A stretch of DNA of 64,000 nucleotides from Hormiphora californensis. Lineage: Eukaryota > Animalia > Ctenophora. This document shows positions 1-45,782 of this stretch, in pieces. Every line of letters begins with the position of its first letter. Position 1 is the first letter of the stretch. The notes under the pieces are model-generated. The model made no database searches, was not told the DNA's origin, and was given only the letters and a program-made list of their open reading frames with translations. The stretch spans positions 2,108,001 to 2,172,000 of the forward strand of contig CM035360.1 in assembly GCA_020137815.1 (NCBI GenBank), read 5' to 3'. The position numbers were made by a program, and so were the translations under genes.

Positions 1-312
1 GGTCCACCCTTTTTCAACTTTGCCTGTATCCCCTTGTACATTTCCGCCAACTGTGAACTCGATTTTCCCTTGAATATCTTGGTAATATCGGTATTGACCG
101 CACTGTTTATCGAGCTCCGGGAGTTTCTCTCTACCCGGAGTTTAGCGTTTACAACCCGGATTTGTTCCTTGCAGATCACCTCCATGTCTTCCCAGAACAC
201 TTTTTCTGTTTGGTTTCGATCTAGGTCCATGTAAACCTTGATATCGGCCTAGGCAGGGTGAGAGATATGGTGAGTGAGAGAGAAAGATAGAGAGAAAGAG
301 AAATATAGAGAT

Positions 313-344
<32 letters not shown>

Positions 345-1409
345 AGATATAGAAAGAAAAAAGAGATAAAGAAAGAAAAAAAGAGAAAAAAAAAGAAAAA
401 AAGAGAGAGTAAAAGTGAATCTTCGAGTTTCAAACTCCCACAATCAGACCGGCAGGATCAAGAAATAATAGCAACACAATCCTTCAAACCTGTAAATCTT
501 CAAGATCCTCCAGATTGAGGTTTTCAACGACACTAATGGGCTCCCCTGTTATCTCAACTGACGTTTCATTGGCGTTGTAAATGTAGTACGCAATCAAATC
601 AATTGGGTTTGCCCTAAGAGAGAGAGAAATTCATGATAAAGTCATTAGATAACAGATATATAGACTGCATACATCAAGTGTGAATTGTAATATTTACACT
701 GCCCTGGTAACTACGAAATGTACAAGTTGTACATTTTGTAGTTACCAGTACAGTACAACAATTACCTGTTATCCTTGATACGTATCTCAGACCGTTTCCT
801 CGCCTGCTCAAGATGAAACTGACCCTCTTGATCTTGCCACTCCTTGAATAATACCCCCTCCTTCTCTTGCCTCTCTCTGTCTATCTCCTCTGCCCTTGCA
901 GCTTGTTCAAGCTCACGTTCCCGACGTCGCTGCTGAACCTGAGAAGTAATGTGGACTGTAATGTGAACTGTGGTGCTAACTGATGCAACACAATACGACA
1001 TAAGAAATAACTGGTTTACATTTTTCTCGAACCCCTGAGTGTGAATTAAACGATGAAATTCGGTGAACGTGGAATGAACTTACTTTCCAAAGTTCAACTT
1101 TCTTTTCCCGTTCTTTTTGTTTGGAAATCATCTGTTTTTGTTCTGATGAGAGTTTATCCGTACCCTCCTCAACCTGCTTTTTCTTCCAAACAAACGCATC
1201 ATCTAAAGTAAAGAGAGAACTCAAAATTTGTAAAAAAATATTTGAAATTAGCAAATTTGTTGCTATAAAGATGAATTTTTTCAGTCTCTGATGTTACAAC
1301 CGAGATGGAAGGCTCAGTTGCAAATATTACCTTTGTTGGATGTTGGTTGGCGTGTTGTTGCATACTGATCCTTGCTCTTCCTCTCACCCTCTTCTGAATC
1401 TGATCCCAT
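1..1409 (-). CDS. CACTIN: Cactin (spliceosome C-complex factor), 5' part; exons 1409-1331, 1202-1084, 938-766, 613-490, 248-<1
   Basis: The spliced translation contains FVWKKK...KVELWKVQQRRRERE...FKEWQDQEGQFHLEQARKRSEIRIKDNRAKPIDL...LEDLQADIKVYMDLD...FWEDMEVIC, which matches the Cactin mid domain. All junctions are GT-AG and phase-compatible. The gene runs off the left edge of the window. Confidence 0.9.
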
Positions 1410-1603
1410 AACTACAGAGATATGATGTATCATTCTGAGATCTTATGATTAAATGCATTAGGGACTGACTAGACCGTTTAACAAGCTTCTATTCCCCAAT
1501 CCCCATGAGTATGATTTGAATATTGGGGGGTTATATAAAACGGACCAAAAAGAAGGGATATAATACAAAGGAGCTCTAATAAGTTACACAACTTCTTTTT
1601 CTC

Positions 1604-2323
1604 TCAACTTACACTGACAGTAAATCGTTCACTATTATTACTATCAACCATCACCACGACCTCATGATCACCCTTCCTCAAAACCTCACTCGGCATTTTA
1701 ATAAGTTTGTCTGAGCTCAAAAACAAGTTATTCTCCTCGACTAAAAACCTCACTATGTCTCCAATCCTCACCTCACCCTCTGACCTCATTACCAGCTCCT
1801 TCATCAAATTTGTCAATGCCTCATCCCCATGACCTTGATGTTCGCCCGCTGACACATCTGACCCATCCACATCAGCTGCACTGTACTCTTGGACATTCTC
1901 TGTCGTTGCAAACAGTGCATATCCCGGATTAATCAAATACTCGAAAACATCGTCTATAGACCACCACATGAGGGTCCCGGATTGAATGACACTCGGTACA
2001 TTCCGGGCAGGATACTCAGGTAACTTTACGGGGGTGTGTCGGTACTCCTTTATAAATATAACCGGTAACTCTCTCCTCTCCAGGGGGCTGCCCTTGTTTA
2101 CCGCATCCACGACTTTGCAAGTTTCATCCCATACCCTCATCGTAACGTCACGATCAAGTTTATCCAGGACTCGGTTCAGGTGGTTCCCCCGCTGGTCTAT
2201 GTTGTCAAGAGGACCGATTAGGTACTGCTTGCTGTACATACCGAGGGAGCGGGGAGATGGGAGGCGGAGGGGTAGTTTGGGACCTCGACGACAAAGCAAC
2301 CGACTAACTGCCGATGAATTCAT
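1604..2323 (-). CDS. MRPL9: Highly divergent mitochondrial ribosomal protein L9 (bL9m), 239 aa ORF; the C-terminus may be extended by splicing at 1612
   Basis: The N-terminus is Arg/Leu/Ser-rich like a mitochondrial presequence. ELPVIFIKE...EYLINPGYALFATTEN resembles the L9 N-domain (VILLKD...NYLIPKGLAVEATPAN). GEVRIGDIVRFL...LIKMPSEVLRKGDHEVVVMV...ERFTVSV resembles the L9 C-domain (GSVTxxDI...LPEPIKTLGEYEVxV). Alignment by eye only. Confidence 0.65.
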   Translation of the reverse strand: MNSSAVSRLLCRRGPKLPLRLPSPRSLGMYSKQYLIGPLDNIDQRGNHLNRVLDKLDRDVTMRVWDETCKVVDAVNKGSPLERRELPVIFIKEYRHTPVKLPEYPARNVPSVIQSGTLMWWSIDDVFEYLINPGYALFATTENVQEYSAADVDGSDVSAGEHQGHGDEALTNLMKELVMRSEGEVRIGDIVRFLVEENNLFLSSDKLIKMPSEVLRKGDHEVVVMVDSNNSERFTVSVS

Positions 2324-2529
2324 GTTGGGCTAGAAGAAATCAAGAAATGAAATTAGTTGAAGAATTCAATTAAAAACTCAATTAATTTGATGATACCTGA
2401 AATTTTAAACTGAAGTCGTAGTATACACAAATCATACACAAAGCAATATCCCCCAACAAAAAGTCAATGACACACGAACTATCTTATCTGGATTCTAGTT
2501 CAGCGATTGTAACATGAAAAAAGTGACGT

Positions 2530-3498
2530 TTAAATGACAAAGTATAGCAGCAGGAACATTATTAAAAGAGTGATAACGCATCCCATATAAAACAGATATT
2601 GATCCGTTGTTGAGCGGCGTTCTACCATTTTCATGACAGTCTGTGATAATCCCAGGGAACTGACAACGCTAGACATACGACCCTTGATAATCTGAAAAGA
2701 GAAAAGGGCGTAGTACGGAAAATCGCATTTTTTTATATCTTGAAACAAAATCGGGGGTTGAAATGATAAATTCTTACTCCAAGGGTTGACCGCTGATTAC
2801 GTAGTTGCTTCAATGCCTCCGCTCCACTGTCTAGCAATCTATCCAATCCGCTGTCTGAATTCATGGCCTTATCATTGAACGATATGGCAGCGTCAAGTGC
2901 TAGGATAGTATCCTACGGGAAGGGAAATATCATTAAGGAAAACGCTACCTGTACATCACCTAGGTAGACATGGCTATTGCCTATTAGACAGTTATCACAG
3001 AAAAACTGAAAAGTCACATACAGTGTTGTCATTAGCAGTGAACTCTCTGTTCAGCAATTCTGATCTCTCTGCCTGCTCCCGCTCCCTTTCACTCTGCACA
3101 GCTCGGTGCCGCTGGAGAGCTGTACTTAGTGACCGATAGTCGTACATCAGCTGGTCATATCTGGAGAGAATGTGTTGTCATTAAATCTGTATTTACGCAA
3201 TTGAAATGATCAAATGTTGCTATCCTATTTGAAAGTATATATTTGTTGAATAACTGTGATAATAGCCACAACAACTCGAAGCAATGTGGTCATACCTGTA
3301 CTTAGCAGTTTGCCGGCGGTGTGCAGGTTCTTTTTTGACAAGAATATCCAGTCGTTCACAATCTGCTGTTAGCTGTTCCTGGAGCCCAATAATTTGTCCC
3401 ATTGCGTTGCCATCTCCTTTCCCATACTGGTCCACAAGCGACTGCAGGGATTGGAGCCGCCGATGGGAGACCGGCATAAGCCGATCCAACTCAGTCAT
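2530..3498 (-). CDS. GOSR2: Golgi SNAP receptor 2 / membrin (Qb-SNARE); exons ~3498-3296, 3161-3022, 2912-2778, 2691-2530
   Basis: Spliced translation ...CERLDILVKKEPAHRRQTAKYRYDQLMYD...RSELLNREFTAND...GLDRLLDSGAEALKQLRNQRSTLG...SSLGLSQTVMKMVERRSTTDQYLFYMGCVITLLIMFLLLYFVI*, with a SNARE motif and C-terminal transmembrane anchor. Confidence 0.93.
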
Positions 3499-3609
3499 CT
3501 TGCAGTTTTAATAATGCATTATCATAATGTGCTAAAAAGAAGGACTTTTGGGCATTTTCTTTCATTTAAGCGCCTTTTTTACACATTTAAGTTCAAAATC
3601 TGTCGTTCG

Positions 3610-3840
3610 TAGTGTCGAGCGACACTTTAGAGGGCCCTCTGGCCATGTAAACCTACCAAAACTGGAGCTATCTGGCTAAAAACGGACGCAAAAGACGTAC
3701 GAAAACGGCGAAAAAAGAATTTGTGGATTTCCCCCCAATACAATTTTTTTGTTCGGCCAGTATTTTCAGAATTTTATAATGCGCGGCGTTAACCGCGCGT
3801 TACCATTTTTCAAGTCAGAACCATTTTCTTCGCGCCGTAC
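3610..3840 (-). promoter_or_regulatory. CpG/CGCG-rich putative promoter upstream of GOSR2
   Basis: Local CG enrichment (gcgcggcgttaaccgcgcg) in otherwise CpG-poor DNA just 5' of the gene. Similar patches lie 5' of FLOT2 (~10440-10560) and the M6PR-like gene (~18200-18260). Confidence 0.4.
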
Positions 3841-4607
3841 ATCTTATAGTCGGATTTTAGAGTTTTCTTAAATGACCATAACTATGGTTCCTGATAAGAT
3901 AGATACTTGGTTATGAAGATCATGGTATGTTCTTCCGAGAACGTTTTTGAGAAACGACAGTTATTTAAAATCCGACTATACGAGTCTTGTACAACCCGGA
4001 AAATCGCGGGTGGGTGTTTATCAGGTTCAATAAAACTCAACGTATTTTGTACAGTGGCAACACAGAAACTATTTTACAGCATTTGTTCATTGCAGAGGGT
4101 ATATAATGTCCGATAAATCGCCTCTTTTGCATAAGATGAGATTAAACAAACTATGATACTACACACTCGTTATATGATTAAAACTAGGATATAGATATTT
4201 CAGAATAACAGTTGCTTTATTAGAAAGAGTGGCTTCAATGTTTTCAACTAGTCAGCAGTGTCTTTTGAAGAAAAAAAACCAAAACTTGCTTGCAAGTTTG
4301 AAGTTCATGTTAAAAATCCCAACCAATCTTTTCCAATCTAAACCCAAAATGAACCCATACCGATACGACAAGATGGCCCCACTAGTAATACTAATAACGC
4401 ACAAAAACATATCTTCTTTCAATTAAACAGAAAAAACTCTACTGACAAGAGTTTTATAGAAAGGAGTAAAAAGTTGTGCGGGTAGCTGCTACAACTTTTT
4501 ACTCCTTTCTCTCTCGTCTAGGAAATAAAAATGTCCTTTGGTGTAATAGGTATGCACAATTGAGAGGTGCATAAACAGGGAGGAAAGGTGTCAGAGATAG
4601 TTCCTTT

Positions 4608-10352
<5,745 letters not shown>

Positions 10353-11057
10353 TATAAACCTGTAACTAATTAGTATCCAATTAGCAACCAATTAATAATA
10401 AAGCGATCAATTAGTGTTGTTGATTGTTATTGTGAAGTTACTGCAACTGACAGGCGCGCGGCTCGGTGTAAGCGCGACAACATAACTAAAGACTGAGAGG
10501 GCGTGCATCTTAATAACATGTCTGTGCTCGCGCGTTACGTAAAACTACAAAGCGGGATATGGGGGCAGCAGAGAGGACTGAACGAGAGAGAGATACGGTA
10601 AGTAGGGGAAAGAAATTAGTAAGACGACAGGACATTGGACACGGCAGTACTGTAGGGAGGGTCATTAGCATATACAATTGTGTGTACAAAGGGGAGGGAT
10701 AATTCTGTGAAAAGCTTCTGGAACCTACCAATACACTAAGAATATAATTCAGATACTGAGAATTGCGATTTAATTCTTAGAAATACTAAACACAAGTACA
10801 TAGATCTAAAAGAGAAAGAGCAACTCACATAAAGTAATATTTGCATAAAATAATATTCAAAACTAAGCCGCCTTTTGTTATACGAAATCGAGAAGAAAAC
10901 ACATGAAATGAGGCTGACACAACATCAAGTAAGGGTTCAGAAAGAGATAGTACAACAGAGTGATGACAGAAATCTACAGAAAGGAGAGAGGGATAGACGT
11001 AAGAGATAGGGTGGAGAGCGAGGGAGAGATAGAGGGAGAGAGAGGGGTGGAAGAGAG

Positions 11058-11181
<124 letters not shown>

Positions 11182-11700
11182 TGGAAGATAGAAGGCGGAG
11201 AGAGAGTTAAGCAAAGGTAAATTTCTACATTTATGCATTATAGCAGTCGACACTGTTCAACGAAATTTCCACACACACGAAAACACAAAATCAATTCAGA
11301 AAATGAAAGATGATACCACTGGCTCTCTCGCTTTACATTCTTCACTCACCTAAGTTTTCTAACTTTCTCTCTCCCTCTCCCTCTCCCTCTCTCACTTTCT
11401 CTCGCTCCCTACAAGTTAGATCACCGCAAGTATGGGGTGTCAGGTATCGCAATTCAAGAGAATTCTACAGTTGCATAAAATGCAAAAGAAGAATATTCTC
11501 AAGTTATGATAACACACTGCTAACAATAATTGAATTAGAGAGAAATGAGGAAAACACTAAACAGAAAAAATGTAGTTATATAATTGGCTAAGCTATCAAT
11601 ATACTACTCTGCTGCATCAAGTTTAGAACGCACGCACGGACTCATGCCGCACAAAACTAAATGGTAGGAGAGAAGTGTGTAAAAAGATAATAAAGCAGTG

Positions 11701-11761
<61 letters not shown>

Positions 11762-11777
11762 TAGAGAGAGATGAGAG

Positions 11778-11844
<67 letters not shown>

Positions 11845-11919
11845 AAGACATAAAAAGAGAAAGCAGGAAATGCAACACAAAATGGCGCCCAAGAAGATGA
11901 TGGGTACATGCAAAGAACG

Positions 11920-12019
<100 letters not shown>

Positions 12020-12598
12020 AAGAGTGAGAGAGATAGAAAGAGAGATAAAGATAGAGAAAGAGAGAGGAAAGCGTTAGCAGAGAAATAAATGAATAGCACG
12101 TCGATAGAAAAGGCTAGACCAATGAAACTCCATGTCACATACATGTTATTCCTAGGAAAATATTCAACTTTATGCAGTTGCAAAGTGGAAATAGAGAATT
12201 AAGTTCACAGTAGTGAGTAGAGATGTGACTTAAGAGAGAGAAATGTCACACATTTTATTAGTATGTTTTGAACTAAACGAGAGAAAAATTCAGAGCAACG
12301 CTCTAAAGGTCAAGTAAGGAGTTAAACATTAGTAGCACTATAATAAGAAATAACTGACATATCAAAATGATTCGTGATATAATCTCGTAACGGAATGACT
12401 AAACATCAGCGAAGTAGTCACATCAACAACAAACGGCACTACCATCTAATAACATCCCGCTAAGTAAACAACCAGACCCGCACCTTCGTCATCAACCTTA
12501 CACGCACAAACACAACGAGTGTGTGTATTTTAGCAAGGAGAAGCAGGAGAGAGATGAGAGCAGTGCTTAGATGTGTAAGCTTCAACAAGGAGGAGAAC

Positions 12599-12661
<63 letters not shown>

Positions 12662-12930
12662 GAGAGAGAGAAAGGGAGAGAGAAGTTGAATAGAAAGTGA
12701 GAGAGGACTAACTAACGATCGCCTGCACACATCTCCTACGTACTAAGCTACACACACACGAGCGAATACTAGAATTACACGCATCAATTTACGACATGTG
12801 CACTGTAGGTCACGTGATTTTGTGATGTCACGTGACATCTCCTGCCTGCATTGGTGAAGAGATTATAAAGGAGCACACCACTGCCGTGATTCTATTCTGT
12901 CTCATTCCTCAGAGACATAGGAATTACTCA

Positions 12931-12961
<31 letters not shown>

Positions 12962-13099
12962 CATCTCTCTCTCTCTCCCTCTCTCTCTCTCTCTCCCTCT
13001 CGATGTGTCATATGCCGCGCTGTGCAAGCTCAGTGTTTCTTGGTTCATTCTAGCTAGGAAGAGAGGAGGGTTAGTATTGTATTTAACTGTACGTACAAG

Positions 13100-13175
<76 letters not shown>

Positions 13176-13580
13176 AAGAGAGAGAGAGGGGGGGGGGAAT
13201 TAGGCATACACCTTGTTAAGGTTGAAAAAAAGCATTTAAATGTTTTCAGTTGGAGATAGGAAAAGGTTATTAATCAATTTAAAACTTGACTCAAAAGAAA
13301 AAAGGGGGAGGGTGGCATTGAAAATCAATGAAAGATCAATTACACTTCTGACCCAAGAAAAATAAATTATCAATGGACCCCGATCCGAGCTAAAAAGTAA
13401 AAATAAAAACTATTTTCAATCTCTTACTCCTTGCACAAAACAGGGATGTAATAATTAGGTAATAAGTTAGTTTTCGCTTTCTTGGCGTAGAAAACAGCTC
13501 AGCTAGCAACACTTAATAATAAAAAACATCGGACTATGGTAGGGCGACACAAAACAATAAAACACAAGTTCTCGTCCTTC

Positions 13581-16532
<2,952 letters not shown>

Positions 16533-16938
16533 ACCATCATTAAATACCTGGACAGTATTAATGTTAGCTGTCATAGCATAGGAGATATAGGAGAACTTGA
16601 CACCTCGGGGAACCAGTGTTATACAGGGACAAACAGATCGCATTGTACTGGAAATGGAAAAATGGAACAGTAACTTTACTACCAGTAATAGTAAAAACAA
16701 CATTACTTAAAAAACATTATAAACAAAAAAGAACCCAAAAGCCCGCTGCTTATGCACACACTAACACAACGTAACACAATGTTCACAAAAGAAACTAACA
16801 AATAGATATGAGTTCAAGTCACAGGAACCAACCCTAACCTTCTAAGTTCTAACATCTATCTTACTACAAAGTGTCCAGCACTCTCTTATTCAAGCAAACT
16901 CATTTTCAACTAACATATATCCCGTTCAATGAAACTGT

Positions 16939-18097
16939 TCACCCGATAGTATCATATTGAACTCCCTCCCGATACTCTCCACATGTTTTCAGGTACATAA
17001 ACCCATCATAAATGAGTCCTCCCAGATCTTTCCACATGTCAAGATGAGGCATAAGCTCCTCTCCTCTCTTACCATCAGAATAGTTGTAGGCCACCCCGAT
17101 AACTAGATACAGACCCACGATGACGAAGAAGAATATGACCAGCCAGGAACCCGTGCTGGGTCCACCGTGCAGACCTGTTGGGAGGGGAGATTTGTTATTG
17201 ATGCAAATTAATGGCAATACTTTCTGATATTTGATAATATATCAGGGTCATACATATTACATGCAGCATTATTGTACAAAATGGCAGTGTAATATATGTA
17301 GATATATAACTGTAATACCTGATGGCGTGACGTCACAGTGAAACTCGTTTTTCCCTAGTGTCCCATCCAAAGCAGCCCTTGTGTTACAATCACATCCAAA
17401 GGGTGTATTCATTTCAACACAATATTGCGCTCCCTCAGGGCAGTCCAATGTCTTGTAAAGGGCAGGTGAATCCAGACCTTTCGGTTTGATGCAGTTACCA
17501 GATGTACAGCAGTTTAGCGTCACTGCAAACTTCTTAGTCTGCAAAAAAGAAGGATAAAGTATGACTGCAGATTACATGTAAATGGGAAGATTTCTAATTA
17601 ATCAACATTACGAAAACAATGTGAGACCAACTTACAGGGTCATCGCCGCCTCCATAAATTAGCCGCACTCCTTTTTTTGAGTCAGCTTCATCAATCAAAA
17701 CAGCAGTGACATTGTCACATGCCCCAATGGCAGTCCAACAGAATTTGCTATCAAGGCAGTTTGTGGTAGGGTTGGGCTCCGGAATACACGCCGAGGGGGA
17801 ATTTGTTGATACTTTGGTAGCCACCTGCCGGGGCTGGCAGTTTCCATCGATAGTGTGACCGTCAATTTTAGTAGCACGAACATAGTCCATCAAATTGAAG
17901 AAGACATAATTGTTTTTGTCCTGCTTTCCGTATAAGCTTGCTGCTTCTTTGTAGTTCTGGACTGGTGGCCTGTGATCCTTCAGGTGGTTGACGTTGAATT
18001 TTATGGTTCCCACTAGAAAGTCTGTTTGCTGGCATGTGGTAGCTACTTGTGAGTGGATCAGGTGTAGTGTGGCGATGAATATGAGTGATTTTAACAT
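16939..18097 (-). CDS. Cation-dependent mannose-6-phosphate receptor / ATG27-like type I membrane protein; exons 18097-17636, 17538-17319, 17174-16939
   Basis: Signal peptide, Cys-rich MRH-like lumenal domain (GVRLIYGGGD...VTLNC...YCVEMNTPFGC), transmembrane segment, and tail GKRGEELMPHLDMWKDLGGLIYDG resembling CD-MPR [21 protein letters not shown]. Ends with a YDTI sorting motif. Confidence 0.8.
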
Positions 18098-18998
18098 GGT
18101 ACGTGACGGAGAGAGGCGAAAATGTGGTGAAAAAGAAGAATTTTAAAAACGTGGAAAATTTTCAAGGCCAGTTTTCAAAGTTTTTCGCTCTCCTGAAATA
18201 AAATTTTTACCGCGCGCCGCCGCGCGCGTAAATGCAGTGTATTCACAAATTATTGGCTGCCGTTTGTCACCTACGCAAAATTGACCAAAACCCGTTGAGT
18301 CAAGATGATACACCAATTAAACATCCTTCGGTTGAGACCGAACAAAGAATGACAAGAAAATTCATATTCTTATGAAAAATAAAATGGTAGTAAGATGTAC
18401 AGAGTCAAAATAAATCAAATTAAGAATTAACAGATCAAAATATATCAATATCATTATCAACTTCAAGTTTGACAGAGTCAGACTTCAATAACATAAACTA
18501 GCAACGCATTTGCCGAATAGTTATGTTTCCAAAACAATGTTTTTAGAAAGTTCAAGATTTTCAACAGCTGTTTACAGCTTTAAATGGATCAGGATAACTG
18601 ACTCAGACGGCTCAGGGCATGGGTAAATGATAAGGGTTTGTATTTTTAACTTTTTATTACTCTAAAAATACTCTTATCCACAAGTCCAGTGCATTTACAC
18701 CCTCAACTTCATCATATTTTAACCAATGTGACCTATATTTGTTTAAAATCAACTGTCAATGCACGGCGTCAATATTTATGGAGATATATTACAAAACTAA
18801 ACTGGTCTCATCCTCAGAAAACCGCAGTCCTCTCCCTGATATCAGGATCCCTCGCCCTATTGTTCCTAATTAATAGTCCTAAATGATCGGTATTATATAA
18901 TACCCCGTATATCACATTCCGTTGCTATGACGTTAGCATATTAAATATTACGTTGCTTTGACAACTGGAGGATGATCATTTGTGGAGTCGGATTGTTG

Positions 18999-42672
<23,674 letters not shown>

Positions 42673-42734
42673 AGTTTACAAACAAAACTGCTATACGTCA
42701 CATGAGGATAGTAGTAGTAGTAGGAGCCTAGGAG

Positions 42735-42838
<104 letters not shown>

Positions 42839-43385
42839 CCGTTATCCCAAGGACCGGGGGACAGCGTACCGGGTGCGGCTCCCAATACCACGTGCTCAGG
42901 GTCATGTGATCCAGGGTAGAGGGTGCAGTTGGCACACAGAGTGCACGCTCTCTCTCTCTCTATCTGGTATATCTATCTATCTCTTTCTCCCTCTCTCTCT
43001 CTCGCTCTCTTTCTCGATCTTCCCGGAAACAGTTCATCTAGGGCGGGTGACGTATCACAGTACGGGGCGGGAGAGAGAAGAGCTAGAGAGAGAGAGGGCA
43101 GATAGTGGGAGAGAGATAGAGGGAGATTGATACGCGTTGTTGAGAAGCAGGGAATGGAGAGCAAAAGAGGGGGCCAAGAAAGGGTATGAGTTTTTAATGA
43201 TAATTACAATGATCCAATGCTTGCCATGCCTTCATAATGATGCATATTACATTCCACCGGACACTGAAGGGTGTTGGTTTGTTCATATGTGTGTGTGTGT
43301 TTGGGTAAAATGCTGAGAAAATTGACCTGTCTCACTGTGTGTAAATATTGTTTGTAATTTAGCCGAAACAATGCGTTCTCTCTCT

Positions 43386-43538
<153 letters not shown>

Positions 43539-43944
43539 CTCCCAAGTGTGTATGGATGTGATTATAACCACCGTCATTAACCCAAGACAGAAATAGGACT
43601 GATTGGTGTCAGTTCGTTTGTGTGTAGTACAAAATTGAGTTGCGGCCAATTTCCAGTGAAAATTAGAAAATTGCCACCAATTGTGTCAATTATTTTCATC
43701 TCAGAAATACCTACACTCCAAGACGTATTATAATCATAATGGTCAATGGTGTCGTTTCGAATCTGGATGGTATGAATTATGTGAACAGTCTGCTCGAGAG
43801 TCGAGACCCTCGTGAATATCTTAGTAAGATCTCCATGGCATGAACTTTGAAGTCTGCAGGAAGAGAAGAATCAAAGAGTTTGGGTGCGTGTACTGTGTAG
43901 TGAAACCCTAGATACTGCAGCAGCAGACGATCTACGGCTACCCT

Positions 43945-44016
<72 letters not shown>

Positions 44017-44042
44017 GAGAGAGAGAGAGAGAGAGAGAGAGG

Positions 44043-44113
<71 letters not shown>

Positions 44114-45701
44114 TGTGTGTGTGTGTGTGAGAAGATAAATTCTGAATATTGTTCCGAGGGAGTAGAGTGTATGAGGATTTTTATGTTTTCTTCCCCTCCA
44201 TGTCTCTACTATAACAGTTACTACTCCTAGCTTATTATTAAATCTATAATTACACCACCGTCCACCCCTCCACCCCCTAAAAGCAAATGATTTAATTTAT
44301 TTAATCTTTCTACAACTCTTTCCCCCGTTCAGGGCTCCAGAAAGTTTCAGTTCTCTCATTTATTAACTCGTTTATCATCACGAACATCTATCTTTATTTC
44401 GCGGCCGTCACCTATCAACAACTCACAGAGCTGTAAAATAGTACAACGATAATTCTGTTTCATACACACATTCTCCACTCGACACCCAGTGACAGTATTA
44501 TCTACCAGCTGGTACATAGTTCCGAGTTCCGACTTGAGGGACCCCTAACCGTGCTCCACCATCCAGTAAAATAAGGTTTGGAGTAGACTAGGAAAGAAAT
44601 CTGACATAATGAAAATGATATAAAATTTTGTAGAAAAGTAGAGAAGGAAGATAGAAAGGAGTGAAGGAAGATATAGAAAGAAGAGAAGATGGAAGTTTTG
44701 ATTGTGTTTTGTGTACACGAGCCACCTGTACCAGCCACCAGGCTGAGGATCGGACACCCAGGTAGGAATGATATATAGAGAAAAGAAGACAGTGCCAGAA
44801 TGCTATTTTGGGACAACTTAATTGGTCGAAATTGCCATGATACACACAACCGACTATATAATGTTCATTTCCAAATTTATGCTTCGTCTATTTTCTATCA
44901 CTCTCATATTCATGATATTTAGTTACAGACAACAATAAATATTTCTTGATTCTTCCTCACTCGTCTCTCTCCCTATCTCTCACTCTCTCTCTCTTTCTAT
45001 CTCACGATTCTATCCGCTGATCGGCTCATCTTTCCAAAACACAGATCTGAGTAAACTAAAATGTAATCCCAAACACACAGCCAGCAGGGCGTATACAAAT
45101 CAACAAGGAATACATATGATAACAGGTATAACAGTATACATACGGGGTGTGGGAAAAAGATAATACACAAAATTAGAGATCTAGGGACAGCCCGGGTGAG
45201 ATAAAGAGAAAAGGAGTGAGAGAGAAAAAAAAGGATGGTTTTACATACTTGGCGTGCTATATTTCTAGTGTCACTAGAGAGTCTAGAACAGTGGTGGTAG
45301 TAGCCCTAAGCGCCTCAGAGTATACCCGACCCACCACAAAACTCTAACATCGTGTGAAAATGTTTTTCTGTCCACTAAAATAGTAACACCAATAAATAAA
45401 AGAAACTCATAAAACGCTTATTTTTTATTTTGATTCGATTTTTTTATCAAACAGCTGTTTTGTTCCTGGCAGTGTTTTCTTTTGTTCCTTCTTAAACTTC
45501 TGTATCATACATTTTCTCCCTTTTCTCTCTCTCTTAGTATCTCTTTGTCTCTCTCTGTCTCTCTCTGTCTCTCTTACCCTCTCCCTCACCCATAATAATG
45601 TGGAATCACACACATTTGTGTTCTACAGCTAACGTGTGCGTCGTGTCCTATGGGCTTCGTGAGTCGTTATCCGCTGGTTACATGCAATAAAGAGAGAGAG
45701 A

Positions 45702-45782
<81 letters not shown>

